NCBI GenBank assembly: GCA_964255285.1
Contig: CAXUUL010000006.1
Coordinates: forward strand, 1 to 64,000
Direction: 5' to 3'
DNA: 64,000 nt
Origin: Ionaspis alba
Lineage: Eukaryota
Shown: positions 11,701-24,621 of the stretch, piece by piece
Layout: the number at the start of each line of letters is the position of its first letter
Numbering within the stretch: the first letter of the stretch is position 1
Position numbers and translations under genes: made by a program
The notes under the pieces: generated by a model
Told to the model about the DNA's origin: nothing
Database searches by the model: none
What the model saw: the letters and a program-made list of their open reading frames with translations, nothing else

Positions 11701-14700
11701 TTTTGGCCGGGGACTCGAATTGAGCAATGAAGAAGGCAATAAGCACATATGCCGCCTGTTTGTTGATTGTGTCTTCCAGTCTTATGTAACTCCAACCGAA
11801 TTTGATGATGTCTTTTCGAGCCTCGGAAACGAGTGATTGATAATACTTGAGAAGCAGGGCTGACATTTGCAGGAGTTCGAGCCTCGAGTGATCAACCCCT
11901 GGCTGGCCGTTGTCTTCGCTGATGTCGCCAAGCTGGGGCTTCCACAGCTTGTTGTGGATGGCATCAAGGAGACCCTTATCCATCAACCGCGTTGAAGAAC
12001 TTCCTTCCGCCAAGTGGTGGTTTCGCATGACATCCATCGCTAGGATAGGATTGACAAGATTGTGGAATGCAAAAGCCTTCATCTTCTGACTGGATCCGCG
12101 ACTAGTGTACAAATCAAGACAACGCATGACGACACTACGCCAATAATCTACCGAATTACTTGATACAATCGTGGCGTAGATGAAGGCTCTGAATGAAGGC
12201 TGCATCCTTAACTCGTCCGAGGTGATTGACTCCATAAGCTCGAAGAAAAAGTCAAGATCTTGAGGAGAATTTTCCATATACACGATGAGTATATCCATCA
12301 AGTGTTCCCCAGCTTGGTGGGCCGCTAACCGCAGTGCTGAGGGGATTTGATCGAGTTTCTGAAGGGCATAGAGGTCTTTGCCAGCACGGAGAAGAGTGTG
12401 TCGCAGGAGCTCGTTGTCAGTAAGCCAGCCAGTCTTGTAAGTACGGAGAGAATGTAAGATATGCATCCCGGTGATGACAGAAACTTCTTTCCTCTTCTCT
12501 TCCGATTGGAAGGACGCCTTCATGAGTCCAGGTATATCGGCAACGACGGTATCGCGGAGGGGGCCACAGCTCGAGTCCGATAATATTTGAGCGAAGAATC
12601 TGCCATACTTCATGTCAGAGAGCCTACTGGCAAAAGAATCCCACGTCTCCTTGGGATATCGATTGAGGTATTTTATCAGGGGTTCCCTAAAAGGACTGTG
12701 GTGTGTTCTTCGAAGCTTTTCCTCCAGTTCCAATACGCGGATTAGGAGCTTTGACATCATGGAAATGGCACTAGCGGGGAGAAGATGAAAAATGTTTAGT
12801 GTAGCTGTTACAATTTTCATCGCAGGGTTTTGTTCGATGAGTGTGAAAGAGGTCTTTTCTAGTGCGGTCCCTTCCGAAATTGTCTCCATATGAGTTATCA
12901 GCCGATCTCCAATCTCGACCTTGAAGTAGTTCGTGAGGAGATTTAATAGTCTTGCGAGTCCATCCAGGCCAGCGACGTTGAGCTTTCTAGGATCCTGCAA
13001 ATTCATGAGAATAGGACGAAGGCCATTCTGGAGGAGATCTTTAGGAAGCTTGTTGGTCTGTGACAGAACACCTTTGAGGCCCGCATTCGCTGCGTCGATG
13101 ACCTCCGGTGATTTGAAATACAGGGATTTGAAGAATACAGATATGATGCGACTTCTGCTCTGGTTCTGCGGCTGTCCGGCAAATTCAGGGTATGCAATCG
13201 TAATTGACAGCAACCGAATGCAGGAAACGCGGAGGCTAACAATAGCCTCTGCAGTCCTGTATTCGTTGGGCTTGGCCGCAAGAGTCTCGTCGTCCGCGTC
13301 AGCGAGAGCCAAGGATTCCATCAACAACCTATTCAGAGCTTCATTGAACTCAACAACGCCGTGTTGTAACCGTAGACAGAAGGAAATAGCTTCAATATAG
13401 CCAATCTGGATAGCGAAGGGAAGTGCTCGAAGAGGTTTGTTGTAAATTGGCTGTAGCATGCGATCCTTTACTGGCTCAAGCAATTCATGCACTTCAGCAC
13501 CTATCACTTCTGCAAGGACTGTAAAAGCTTTCTGGGCTGCTTCTCTGACATACTTGTTCATATGGCACAGCTCATAGATGAAAAATCCACAGAGGTTGTA
13601 AAGTCGACTTTGATGATTGTCCAAGTCCGATTTTGAGACATTCCGGTTGCATCTACGTAGAATGACCTCCAGGGTCTCCTGTGCTTTGACTCGGGTATGG
13701 GCTGGCAAATCTTGAGGCATATCCTGTATGATGTAGACGAGAGCGCGCACGAAGTCAACCTGTCTTTCCGAGACCCAGTGATCGCCAAGACCGATCTTGG
13801 ATGTGAGGATGTGTATCCCTAGGGAGCCGCCAGACTTTGTAAACCACTCTTCCTCGTGGCAGCTGTGACAAAAGATGCGCGCCAAATGCACAAAAAAGGG
13901 AAGCCTATCGGCGCGCTCGGGTGAGCCGAAGATTGTAGTTGCCGAGTCGTAGACATTTTTTATTGCGGTCTCTGCGGCATCACGAATCTCGGGATTTTCT
14001 GACGAGAGAATCTCCACGATTGATTCCGCAAGCATTCGGCTGTCGATACACAGAGGACCTTCGCCGGCTTTGATATCAAACGGCTTCCGTACATGTTTGG
14101 CTTGCACTAATGAGCGACCGACCTCGAGAATCGTGAAATGCCTGCAAATGTCGAGTAGTAAGCTAGATGCCACTGTCTTCAAGTCCGCTAGTGTGGTGGA
14201 AACCATGCAGGCTTTCAACAGCTTCTTCAGGGTGTCTTCTTGGGCCTCTTTCTTAGCTATTGATTTCTCCCGATCTGATCTGTCTATGATGTCGGGAGCA
14301 TTCTCGAAATTGCCCTCAATTAGGTCGTTCGCTTGAAGTCGAACAAGCTGAGCGAAGTCATCTGGTAAGCTCTCAAACCCAATATGGAGCTTAATCTGAG
14401 CTGCTATGAGCCTAAATGATTGCTGCCTGTAAAAGACGTCGGCTTTTTGTTGCACATCTCCTTTCTTCGTTGCCAGCCCCTTTGGTGAATCCTTGATCTT
14501 CGAAATGGCAAGATCGATCCCAGTATTAGAGGGAAAGGCACGCTCTTTGTTCGAGCCGATAAGTCTGACATCTACGCTGCATTCGTCATCGGCGTATTCT
14601 CTGAACTCCAACGCCGGGGGGCCAGTGAGAAACTTGCGGTTCCTGCCTCCCAATTTTCCCAGAATACGCATCGTTGAATGAGCATGAAAATGACTGTAGG

Positions 14701-17486
14701 GAGTAGGGCGGAGGTGATACCAAAGAGCGTTCATGAGGTCATCGATCACGGGGTTCATGATAGGGTCCAGATAATCAGCCGTCAGGTTATCGACACATAG
14801 TTCCAGGGTGCGCAAGCCCTGACCAACCAAGTCTCCGTCGGCTCGGAGCGCGACAACCAAAGGTCGCATAAGGTAACTGAGGTGGGGTAGGAGATTGCTC
14901 AGGCGGGCTGGAACAGTGAGGCAAAGCTCCACGTACAGGTGGCGTTCCTGGGGCTTCCGTGCCGCTAAGAGGAGGTTATTCAAAACTTCGAGCAGCATTT
15001 CCAAAAGAGGCAAGATTTCCTTGTACAGTAGCTCGAAGCGCCCACCACCAATGCTTCTGAATAGCGAGCGAAGGAGATAGTAGTAGTTCAGAGGTTCCTC
15101 AGCAGTGGTCGATAGCTGGATAGATTTCGTGACAAGTTTGGTCACATGTGGTAACAGTACTTGTTCGTTCTGTTGTGAGAAGAGTGTGACCGCCATGAAC
15201 GAGAGTTTGAACATTCGCAAAAGGATTGAAGATCTCTTGACATCCGAGGTGCCCACGTCCTCAATCCTATCCATTAAAAACTGCATGAGCATACCCGCGA
15301 AGGCAGGAGATGTGGCTTCACTGGCCAGGAAGAATTGGGGAATGTGTAGCAAAGCAGTATGCTCGAACATCATCTCGTAGAGCAGCGCAATCTGTGACTG
15401 AAAAACGCCATGGAATGTGGCTGGGTCGATACCATGGAATACAGTAGCGAATGTTTCGAGTAGATCCTTCTCCTCCTTACCACTTTGATGCATGTACAAA
15501 TTCGCGAGATATTCGACAGGAGATGAATAACTCGTCTCCGCTGGAGGCTGCTCCGCGCTGTAGTATCGGAAAACCCTTGCACCCTCTCGAAATAGCTTCG
15601 TGATCACTTCGACTTCCTCTGCCGAGTACCCAAAGGAGATGTCGGCCCAGTTCGGTGGTGCGTTGGCTGGGTCTATCACAGGACTTTCGGGATTGGTCAG
15701 CTTGAGCCGATAAAACATATTCTTGAGACCGTTCATGAGATTCTTGAACAAAAACTTGTTGTCGTCAATAGGATTGGCGTATGGATCACGCGGTATAGAG
15801 GTTTTGATGGGTGTGGCGGTGAATATGTCTGTCTCGTCCCATGATGGTGGGTTCTCCGGATCGTTGAGGTGCTCTTCGGGTGCAAGCCCTATGTGAGATT
15901 GATTCCTATACAAGGCAGAAAGCTTCACGGCATTAGGATACTCTCTGTTCATGGAAGCGAATTTATCGCCGATCGCATTGAGAATCATGATCAGAAAGTG
16001 ACGTCCGTCCTCCTTGTTCTCCAGTTTAGCGATTCGCTCAGCCATGTTCAGCAGAAGCTTAGCACTCATCGTCTGAAAACTGGTGCCCGGAAAATCATCC
16101 AACATGTTTTTAGAGAATAATTCGATGGTTCGTCGGATCTGGGGAGCCGTAAGTGAATCACGAACATGGTGAATCAGATCTGCGAGCATGCTGTATGCGA
16201 GAGGTCTCATTGTTTCGTAAACGGTCAATCCATCGCCAATCAAGGTGCGTTCATCGAGTAGGGCATCGACTCTAGTACTGAAGATGGACCGATAGTTGAA
16301 ATTGACTATGTGTCGAATTGCCACCAGTAATTCCTTGCGCGTGGCAGACTTCTCACTTGGACAATCCTGAAGCATTCGAATACATATATCAGGCAGAAAG
16401 GGAAGGAAATCTTCAAGCTGCTTTGAATACACCCGGAGAAGGTAAGCCAAGAAGCTCATGGTTTTGACTTGGGCCGTGATGAAGTCCCCAAAGGCGGCGC
16501 GATTTTTGATATCTTTGCTAACTCCCGTGAAAATATCTTTCCGTTCCATTGCTTCTTCATGCGCACGTTGCTGCGCCTTGACTTGAAGCAAAAGGACGCC
16601 TTTGATCAAAGGAACGAACACCTTGACATTTGCATGAACAGAGTTTCGGTGGGCTTGGAAGAGCGACACAACAATAATGGGACATTCGGCGAGCACTTTG
16701 AAGGATTGCATGCCTTTGATCAATTGACGAGCTGTTTGTTGGTCGATGCTCAAATCCATAGCTGCAGAAGCGGCTGGGGAACCAGGTTTTGGAGACTGAA
16801 AGAGCTGGGAATTATTTGGCGTCGAACCAGAGATATTGGTCTGGACTGGGGAGTCGAAAGTGTCGGCTACCACGTGCCCCATGGACTCGAACATTTCCTG
16901 GATAAGAGTCAGAAACGGCTGGACCCGATCGACTGTTGCTTCGATATGGGATCGTTGAAGATCCATGACGATCTTCATGCAAAGTACTGCATTGTCTTCA
17001 TTCTCCGTCTTGATTAGGCCCATCAAGAAGTCCACCAGATCTGGCACGAACGGCTTGACCGTCTCGGACGGAGTCATTGGCAAACGGTGAATGATTTCCA
17101 GAACACAGTTCCTCAAACGCTGGTCCACAGGTCAGTTGAATTCAACAAGGCTGGAAGCTCTTGGGGCGAGATGGCCATACTTGAACCCATGAGGTGCTTA
17201 TGAAGACCGGTGGCCCTTCGAGGAGCTTTTTGAATATTGGCATTAGTTTCCGAAGAAAGACTGGGTAGATGGACCCGGCGCAGAGAAATTCGACGTTGTC
17301 TCGTAGTTCCATAGCATGATTGAGCTTGAGCTTGGGATCTATGCCGGATATCAGCTTCGAGACACCATTGTGAGAATACAGCGCGAGAATGTGAAGCTGC
17401 CCAGAATCTAAGATTTGTTGGCTTGACATACCCAGATTCGGATCTCCCAGCCGTGCGGCAAAGACATCGATATTTCTCTCAGCCAT
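5764..17486 (-). CDS. TRA1: Tra1/TRRAP, PIKK-family pseudokinase scaffold of SAGA/NuA4
   Basis: Roughly 3.8k aa over 5 exons (introns 17339-17431, 17120-17180, 7237-7294, 6448-6501). [29 protein letters not shown] region ([20 protein letters not shown]), kinase-like RREER..FRLTPN, FATC ..DPLWMPYL*. Confidence 0.97.
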
Positions 17487-18339
17487 GATATCGTAGTCCA
17501 GCTCCTTTCAGAGTTCCCTTTCACCGTGGAGGGCCAAGCCTTACGGCCGGCCGCTGAGGAATGAAATTCACACGCCGCAACACTTTGTCCCGCATGGAAG
17601 TGATCGTGGGCAGTCGGCGCATTCGCTCGGAAGGCTTGCAGTAAGGTCGTGAAGCACCGCAACTCTATGGCAACTCGAGCCTTTCCACGTGAGATAGGGG
17701 GAAGAAAACAACTTCGTGTGACTCGGGATGAGACTCTTCCGTAGTTGATGTAGGGTGAGACAACTTTGTTGTGGAGTGCGGGTTTCTGGCGATAGGATGC
17801 GAGTGTTGATTGCTATAGAAAACGGCTTCGCGATTTGAAGATTAAAGATTCGGGGAAGCTCCAGGTCCGCCGACCTGCAGAGCAGGGCTGCGCTAGTGAT
17901 TTTAGCGGCGGATAGACGGGCTTGGCTAGCCGGGCTCCGATAGTGTGAGACCCGCAGGACTTCATGGGCAATAGTGTCAACGAGAAGTCTCGGTGCAGTC
18001 ACAATGCAATAGAAGCGGGATCACGGGGATACACGCAGATCAGGCTTCTATCTTCCTTACTGGGTTTCAAATAAGCACCCTTTCGCAGAGAAAGCCACAG
18101 TCATTCACTCATTGAGTAGACTCGAGACCTCTAATCATTTGTCCATTCAGCACGGCATAGGCTAAAGCCATTACAATTTGATAACACTTTAAGATTTTGT
18201 GCCTGCTTCATACCTTGTTGCAAGGGTTACCGTAAATTTCGATTCACGCCCGATTGCTGACATCATCGCCTGGAGCTCCGATGGCCCTTGCTGCCAACGG
18301 GACGGGATTCTTGGCGTTCCGATGCCTTATTCTTACTTA

Positions 18340-20503
18340 TCAGCTGCTTTCCAAACCGTCGACCTCGCTATCTGATCCGTCCAGCTCTTCAGCGACTGAG
18401 CTGTCAGATCCTTCGTTGTACACATCTATACATAACGTACCCCCAGATGGGTCGGTGCTCTCCGCTCCTTCCTGGCCTCCGATAGATTGCAGTTTTCGAG
18501 TCCTTGGTATGTAGCTTGCAGCAGTCATCCCTGGATCCATTGTTGCAGGATCAATGTCCTGGCTCAGATCTTTCTCCGTTCGACCTTCAAGGCTGAGGGA
18601 AGCTGGAGCTGCGGTTAGACCATTCTTAAGCTGACCCCATCCAGCAAATGCTGCCATGTTCCGTACGGCTGTGGCCCATTCAATCTCCTGTGCTGTTCCT
18701 TCGCCCCTCTTGATGATGGCCTGCTGTTTAGTATCTTTGTCGATACTTTCAGGCATCGCCGCTATCTGTGCAAAGTCTGAATCCTTCGGTTTGCCCTTGC
18801 CTGCAAGGATATGGACAATTTTGGCCTTCATTATGACCCTAACCTTTGCCCACGTGCCGTTATGGTACCAACCGTCCCCTTCGACCTGACGTGCAAGGTT
18901 AGTTACGTATCCCACGACGCATTTCATAGGCATTATCTACTTACGTGGCATTCTTGACGAATGTTCTTAGTTGCCAGCATCTGCTGTATAAAAGGATCGC
19001 TTATATCGCACACCTGCCAGACTTTACCATCCGTGTGCACCGTGGACCCGTCGAATATGTGGGTATTTGTAGCTGCAGGTACCTCACCCTTCCTCCTGGC
19101 ACCCCCTCTCTCGGTCCCTTTGGCCCTCTCTTTGATGGCTTTCCTCTCAGTATCGAATTGGAACATCATTGTCTGATAAACCCGATATCTCGGGTCCTTA
19201 CGTGGATCCACCCCATACTTGATAACTGCTTCCCGCCATGGCCCAGAACGGAACATGTATCCCACATATTGATAGACGTGCTTTCCAATGGTGCGCCACT
19301 CCTCAGTACGTAGCTGGTTCTGGAGGGCTCGTCGTGTCCAAATCGGACGAGCTTCGAAACACGCCTGCATGCGCTCAATAAGGCGCATCATTCCAGGATC
19401 GAGTGTCTGGATAGACGGAACACCGTCACCAGGTCCGAGTGGTACAAATGGATCATCGAAACTAACTCGCGTTGTTAAGATCTTCGTAGCCATTTGCATG
19501 TTGACTGTTGTCACATTGCCAGAGGCGTCCACTATCTGTCTAACTGCGGAATTCTGTAGATATCTTGATAGGAATCATTTACTATGAGTAATGAAAGAGC
19601 TCTGGTGCCACTCACGAGTAGTTGAAAGGTAAGGGAAGATGCGTAAACGTTGGAGGCGGAATCAGATCCGTATTGGGCGTCGGGCCTCTGCCCATATCGA
19701 AACTGAATAGTCTCGACTTCTTTTCTACGCCTCACGATCAGCATGAATCAATCAAGCTGTTCCTGAGATTCATACGTCTCATTGGAAGCACTTGTTCTCG
19801 CAGTTTCCGCACAAACTGGCTGTTTTTGGTGGAGTATTCAAAATCCGGCAAATCTATTAGTCTCGTCAGCACCGACAAAAGAGCGGATCAAGGCTTCTTT
19901 ACCCCGAAAGCGGTGAGTCCGATCAATAATTCCAACCAATTTGACCTGATATCGATTGTGGCTGTCCTCCAAACGTCTCAATAGATCTGTTGCGTTTATC
20001 GGCTCTCCTGCTCGGACAGCCTCTGGGCACCCTTCCGTTTGGTCGAGACGTCTCTGCGCAGTTTTGGAACCAAGTTGATACTGTTCGTAAGGTGCGTGAG
20101 ACCCTCGCTTGCGCTTACGGCCAGTCCGCATGGGCACGGTGATGTGGACGAGAACATCGTTGGTTCTGACATTACCCGATGATATTGGCTGAGACATTCG
20201 ATCGGAAGGGCGAAGCAGTAACGCTGCTTCCTTCTTGTCATTTTCCGGCCGGGCCAACTGCAGAAGGTCAGAATAACGGAGCGGAAGTCGGCCAAAAAAA
20301 GGGGGCATTTGAACTTTTGCCACACTGTTCGGCCCTCCGAGAGTTTCAACAACCTTAGAAACGTCGTTGACGATGAAAGGGTGCTCAATACTGACAATAG
20401 CACGTTGAGGGACACAATACCAAGGTGCAGCCCGTGAGCTGGAAACACTTCCCGAGGCAGCATGATCAGGATTTTCTTCGAAAAGTCCCAATTCAGAGGA
20501 CAT
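18340..20503 (-). CDS. TFC1: RNA polymerase III transcription factor TFIIIC subunit tau95 (Tfc1/Sfc1)
   Basis: VSIEHPFIV, THRFR|DLPDF, IPPPTF..PFNYSYLQN, RPIWTRRAL, YMFRSGPWR..YGVDPR..YQT, DGKVWQVCDI, DGWYHNGT; 5 introns modelled. Confidence 0.9.
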
Positions 20504-20901
20504 GTCGAAATCAGGTTAGAGAAGAAATACGAAGTTATGGATCGCCTGCTTTGGATGCAGTCTGGAGACAAGGGAGGTTGTGTCGTAGCGATTGCAAGAT
20601 GCTTAAAGCTCTATGATACAAGTAGTTCAATCAGACAATTGATACTGGGAGGTTGCAGTCTGCGACCAATAATTCTGATTTAGCACAGGGAGCCGAGTAC
20701 AATATCATTACAGATGCTAAGAGTACAGCCTGAATCCCTATACGGGAGATATCTGCTTTAAACCATGCTACTTGAAGCGTTGTACCTGCTCAATTATCCG
20801 CAAATCGGTCCATGTCGTTCTCAAAACATTTCTCCCCACGGTGCCAACCTCCTGTCCTCACTTAGCTTCGGACCAGCACTAGAGCGAGCCTAGTAAAAGG
20901 T

Positions 20902-20937
20902 GGGCGCGCCGTGGTGGAGATTCAAAACGCCGCGCCC
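20902..20937. promoter_or_regulatory. GC-rich inverted repeat enclosing a B-box-like motif in the TFC1/B56 divergent promoter
   Basis: GGGCGCG-C-CGT (20902-20912) pairs with ACG-C-CGCGCCC (20927-20937); GATTCAAAAC at 20919-20928 resembles the B box GRTTCRAANC. Confidence 0.3.
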
Positions 20938-21361
20938 CGATTTCCTCAGCCTGCCATGACCACCATCCGTCCAGTCGTTCATCAATCGATTTACTTTTGA
21001 CCGCCAGCGAATCTTTCCACCACAAAGCAAATCTTGTCATTAAGTCACTCCATCGCTCTGGTGAAATGTGAATCACCTGCGAGTAGGCTTATTGACTACG
21101 CCGCTTGTACTTATTGAGCCGCCAGTGGCACAAGCAATTGGCATTTTCCCGGCTCAGAGGACATGGCCCACTACTCCTAGCAACTCGACGATATCCGAGA
21201 CTTATAGAAATCGATACGCTATATCTACGCGCCAGCCCGTCTCTCATTGGACTACGTGGGCAGTGATTCGACACCCACACTCTCCGTTGCATCGAGAGGG
21301 GGCGTTATCTTGGCACCGCGTCTTATAACTAGTCGTTCAAATCTTCGGAGCCTCAGACACA

Positions 21362-24087
21362 ATGAAAGGGTTCAGGCAGAGAGTTGTATGATAATCCAAT
21401 TAGCTTTTTCTGCGTTATCCAACCACATTGACATTTGCCCCCCGCTTTGACTCAGACGTGGCTAATGGTCTTAGCACGAGCAGCTCTCTCGGGCAAAAGA
21501 GTCAAATAAGTCTTCGAAAAGCAAAAAAGAATCCTCCTCAGGTACTGCATCTCCTTCGCAGAACTCCACGAACAACTCGATCGGTCACAGCCAATCTCCC
21601 ATCAACTCGAATCACGGCACCCCGACATCTTCGACTACAGCCTTGAATGACTTGAGGAACAAGCCATTACCACCTAGTGATAATACCTCTGGCCGGATTC
21701 ATCTCGATAACACCTCACATACTTCTCCGCAAAATACACCTAGTACTCTATCCCCGGGCGGCCCTTCTTTTCTATCATCCCAACACAACTTAGCACCCCC
21801 GAATGGAGGAGGTCCGGGAACGCCAGCGAGACCGGGTCAGCTATTAGCACCGAGTGTAGTGATCAGTCCGAGTGCGCCGGTACGTCCTTTGACCCTGCAA
21901 GATTGCAAAGCATACCGGAATCCATTCTGCGCTGCATGCAGACCAGGCTAATCATGGTACAGCACATACCTCCCCCTGGTGCAGCCGAGACGATGCCCCA
22001 TGATCTAGCCCCTCCAAAACCTGGAACCAAGTCGCTCGCCTTTGATCGCTTATCCTCGACTCCCAAAGACGTACCCGAAGGTATCCGGACACCAAAGCGA
22101 CAACATTCCTCAAGATTTGATATCTCAGACCAACGTCAAAGGGAAATTGAAAAGCTACCCGGCTTCCACGAAGTCCCCCCTAATCGTCGGCAGGAGCTTT
22201 TCATGCAAAAGATCGATCAGTGCAACATCATCTTCGACTTCAATGACGCCGGTGGAGACATGAAAGCGAAGGAGATCAAGAGACTTGCCTTACACGAGCT
22301 TCTAGACTATGTCGCGAACAATCGACAGGTCATCACGGAGCCAATGTACCCTCGCGTTGTCGAGATGTTTAGTAAGAATCTCTTTCGGCCAATCCCTCCG
22401 CCTGTGAATCCTCAAGGCGAAGCTTTTGATCCCGAGGAAGATGAACCTATTCTGGAAGTCGCGTGGCCCCATATCCAAGTTGTTTATGAGTTCTTTCTCC
22501 GATTTATCGAAAGTCAGGACTTCAATACAAACGTCGCCAAAGCTTTCATAGATCATCAATTTGTGCTCCAGGTATTGATGATAGTTCGCAGATATAAAAT
22601 CTATCTTGCTAACGATATCATAGTTACTTGAGTTATTCGACTCTGAGGATCCTCGCGAGCGAGACTTCTTGAAGACGACCCTTCATAGAATTTATGGCAA
22701 ATTTCTCAATCTTAGATCCTACATTCGTCGTTCCATCAACAATGTATTCTTTCAATTCGTCTACGAAACCGAGAGATTCAACGGGATAGCCGAACTATTG
22801 GAGATCCTTGGCTCTATCATCAATGGTTTTGCACTGCCTCTGAAAGAGGAACACAAACTCTTCCTCACACGGGTTTTGATACCGCTCCACAAGGTCAAGA
22901 GTCTCAGCATGTATCATCCTCAGTTGGCTTATTGCATAGTTCAATTCCTCGAGAAGGACGCTGCGCTTACCGAGGAAGTGTGTACCCATCTTTAGTCCGC
23001 TACTGATAATACTGACCTCCTTGGCTAGGTTGTTCTTGGCCTACTCCGATATTGGCCGAAGGTAAACAGCACCAAGGAAGTCATGTTCCTGAATGAAGTG
23101 GAAGATATCTTTGAGGTCATGGACCCAAACGAGTTTGCAAAGGTGCAGGAACCTCTGTTCAATCAATTGGCCAAATCAGTAGCAAGTCCTCACTTTCAAG
23201 TGAGCATCCGCCTTTCTTTCCACATTTCGTACCTAGACCAACTGACAATTTTTAGGTTGCAGAGCGGGCGCTATACTTTTGGAATAATGAATACTTCTGC
23301 AATCTTATTAGTGACAACGTCGAAGTAATTCTACCGATTATGTTTGCCCCACTATACGAGAACTCCAAGGGCCACTGGAACAGGCAAGCACTCCGCCCCG
23401 AATCTAATGAAGTGTAATTAAAATTGTCAGGACAATTCACGGTATGGTCTATAATGCTATGAAGCTGTTCATGGAGATCAACCCTCAGCTTTTCGACGAG
23501 TGCTCCCACGATTACACGGAACTGCAAAGCACTGCAGATCAACGACAACAGAATCGACAAATTAAGTGGGACCGGCTTGCGGAACTAGCTAAGAATAGGC
23601 AACACGCGCCGTCTACCGGAAAGCAACCACCAGTCGGTAGTCGAAATGCTAAGGTTGCGACGCCGTCTAGGATAGACGATGTAGATCCAATAACTCAGGA
23701 TAGTCAGCAGAGGCTGGACGCTCTCAAGCTGCAGGATGAAGGCCATAGTGCGCGAGAGCAGAGACGGCCTAGAGATCAAGAGACTTCCCAGCCGGTACGC
23801 GCCCTATAGCTTGATTTGCACCTGCCTCGAATGCCTTTTGTCGAGCAGAAAAACGAAAGAATGCCTGTGTTTGGGAAAGGAAAAAATCCCTTGGTATCAT
23901 GGCTGCTATTTCTCTACGCGCGATCTTCTTGACAGTCTGGTACCTCTGTTAATACTGAATCCATCGCTCCCAGCCATCTGAAGATGTCCGACCCCAGAGA
24001 ACAACGAATGACGACAGCCGGCCGCGACCAGAAAGAACAAGTTCAGTAGCTGAGATCACAACGCCGACTCTCAATGGGTCGGGATAG
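21362..24087 (+). CDS. RTS1: PP2A regulatory subunit B' (B56; Rts1/Par1)
   Basis: MKGFRQRV first exon; [73 protein letters not shown]; 7 introns. The last exon 23974-24087 is less certain (retention would stop at 23809). Confidence 0.95.
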
Positions 24088-24621
24088 GAAATCCGATCCT
24101 TGGATAACGTCTTGATGGTCTCAGATGAAGATTCTCTAGGTGGCAACGACTTTGCGCCCTTTCGCGAGTGATTCGTCGAGGAGACAATTCTGTGGGCAAA
24201 ACATTCTGGTACATGGGTGCGGCGCAAACTTAACATGGCAGCAACTACAAGAATTTTTGTATCTGGACAAGGGAGTTTTTTTTTTTTTCAACTTTGCCTC
24301 TCATGTCATGCAGGCCACTGTAGTAATTCGGGCAAAAGGGTAGCTTAGATCTCTATCTATCTTCATTCGAAAGATGAATTACCCGTGGTAAGGGTTTCAG
24401 TCATCCCTCGGCAGTGAGTGATTTGTAAGGACCTCGTCGTGGGCCATTCGCTAAGGTCTCCGCAAAATTGCTTGCAGAGACCACCTCGCTCCGCCTCTTT
24501 CCTTCACAAATGATGCCAACCATGATCTGCAGTCGGATCACCGCACCCAATAGAGAGGATTTCATCCATCGACTTTAAGAAGTCTGTGCTACGCCATTGC
24601 TTTTCCAGCTCTTCAATAGTA

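Noticed and set aside
20880..20945. tRNA gene
   Set aside because: One stem and a B-box-like motif only; no D arm, anticodon arm or T-run terminator.
21386..21474. Stwintron in B56 intron 1 (internal CAG followed by ACGT)
   Set aside because: The rebuilt donor would be non-consensus and the outer intron only about 20 nt.
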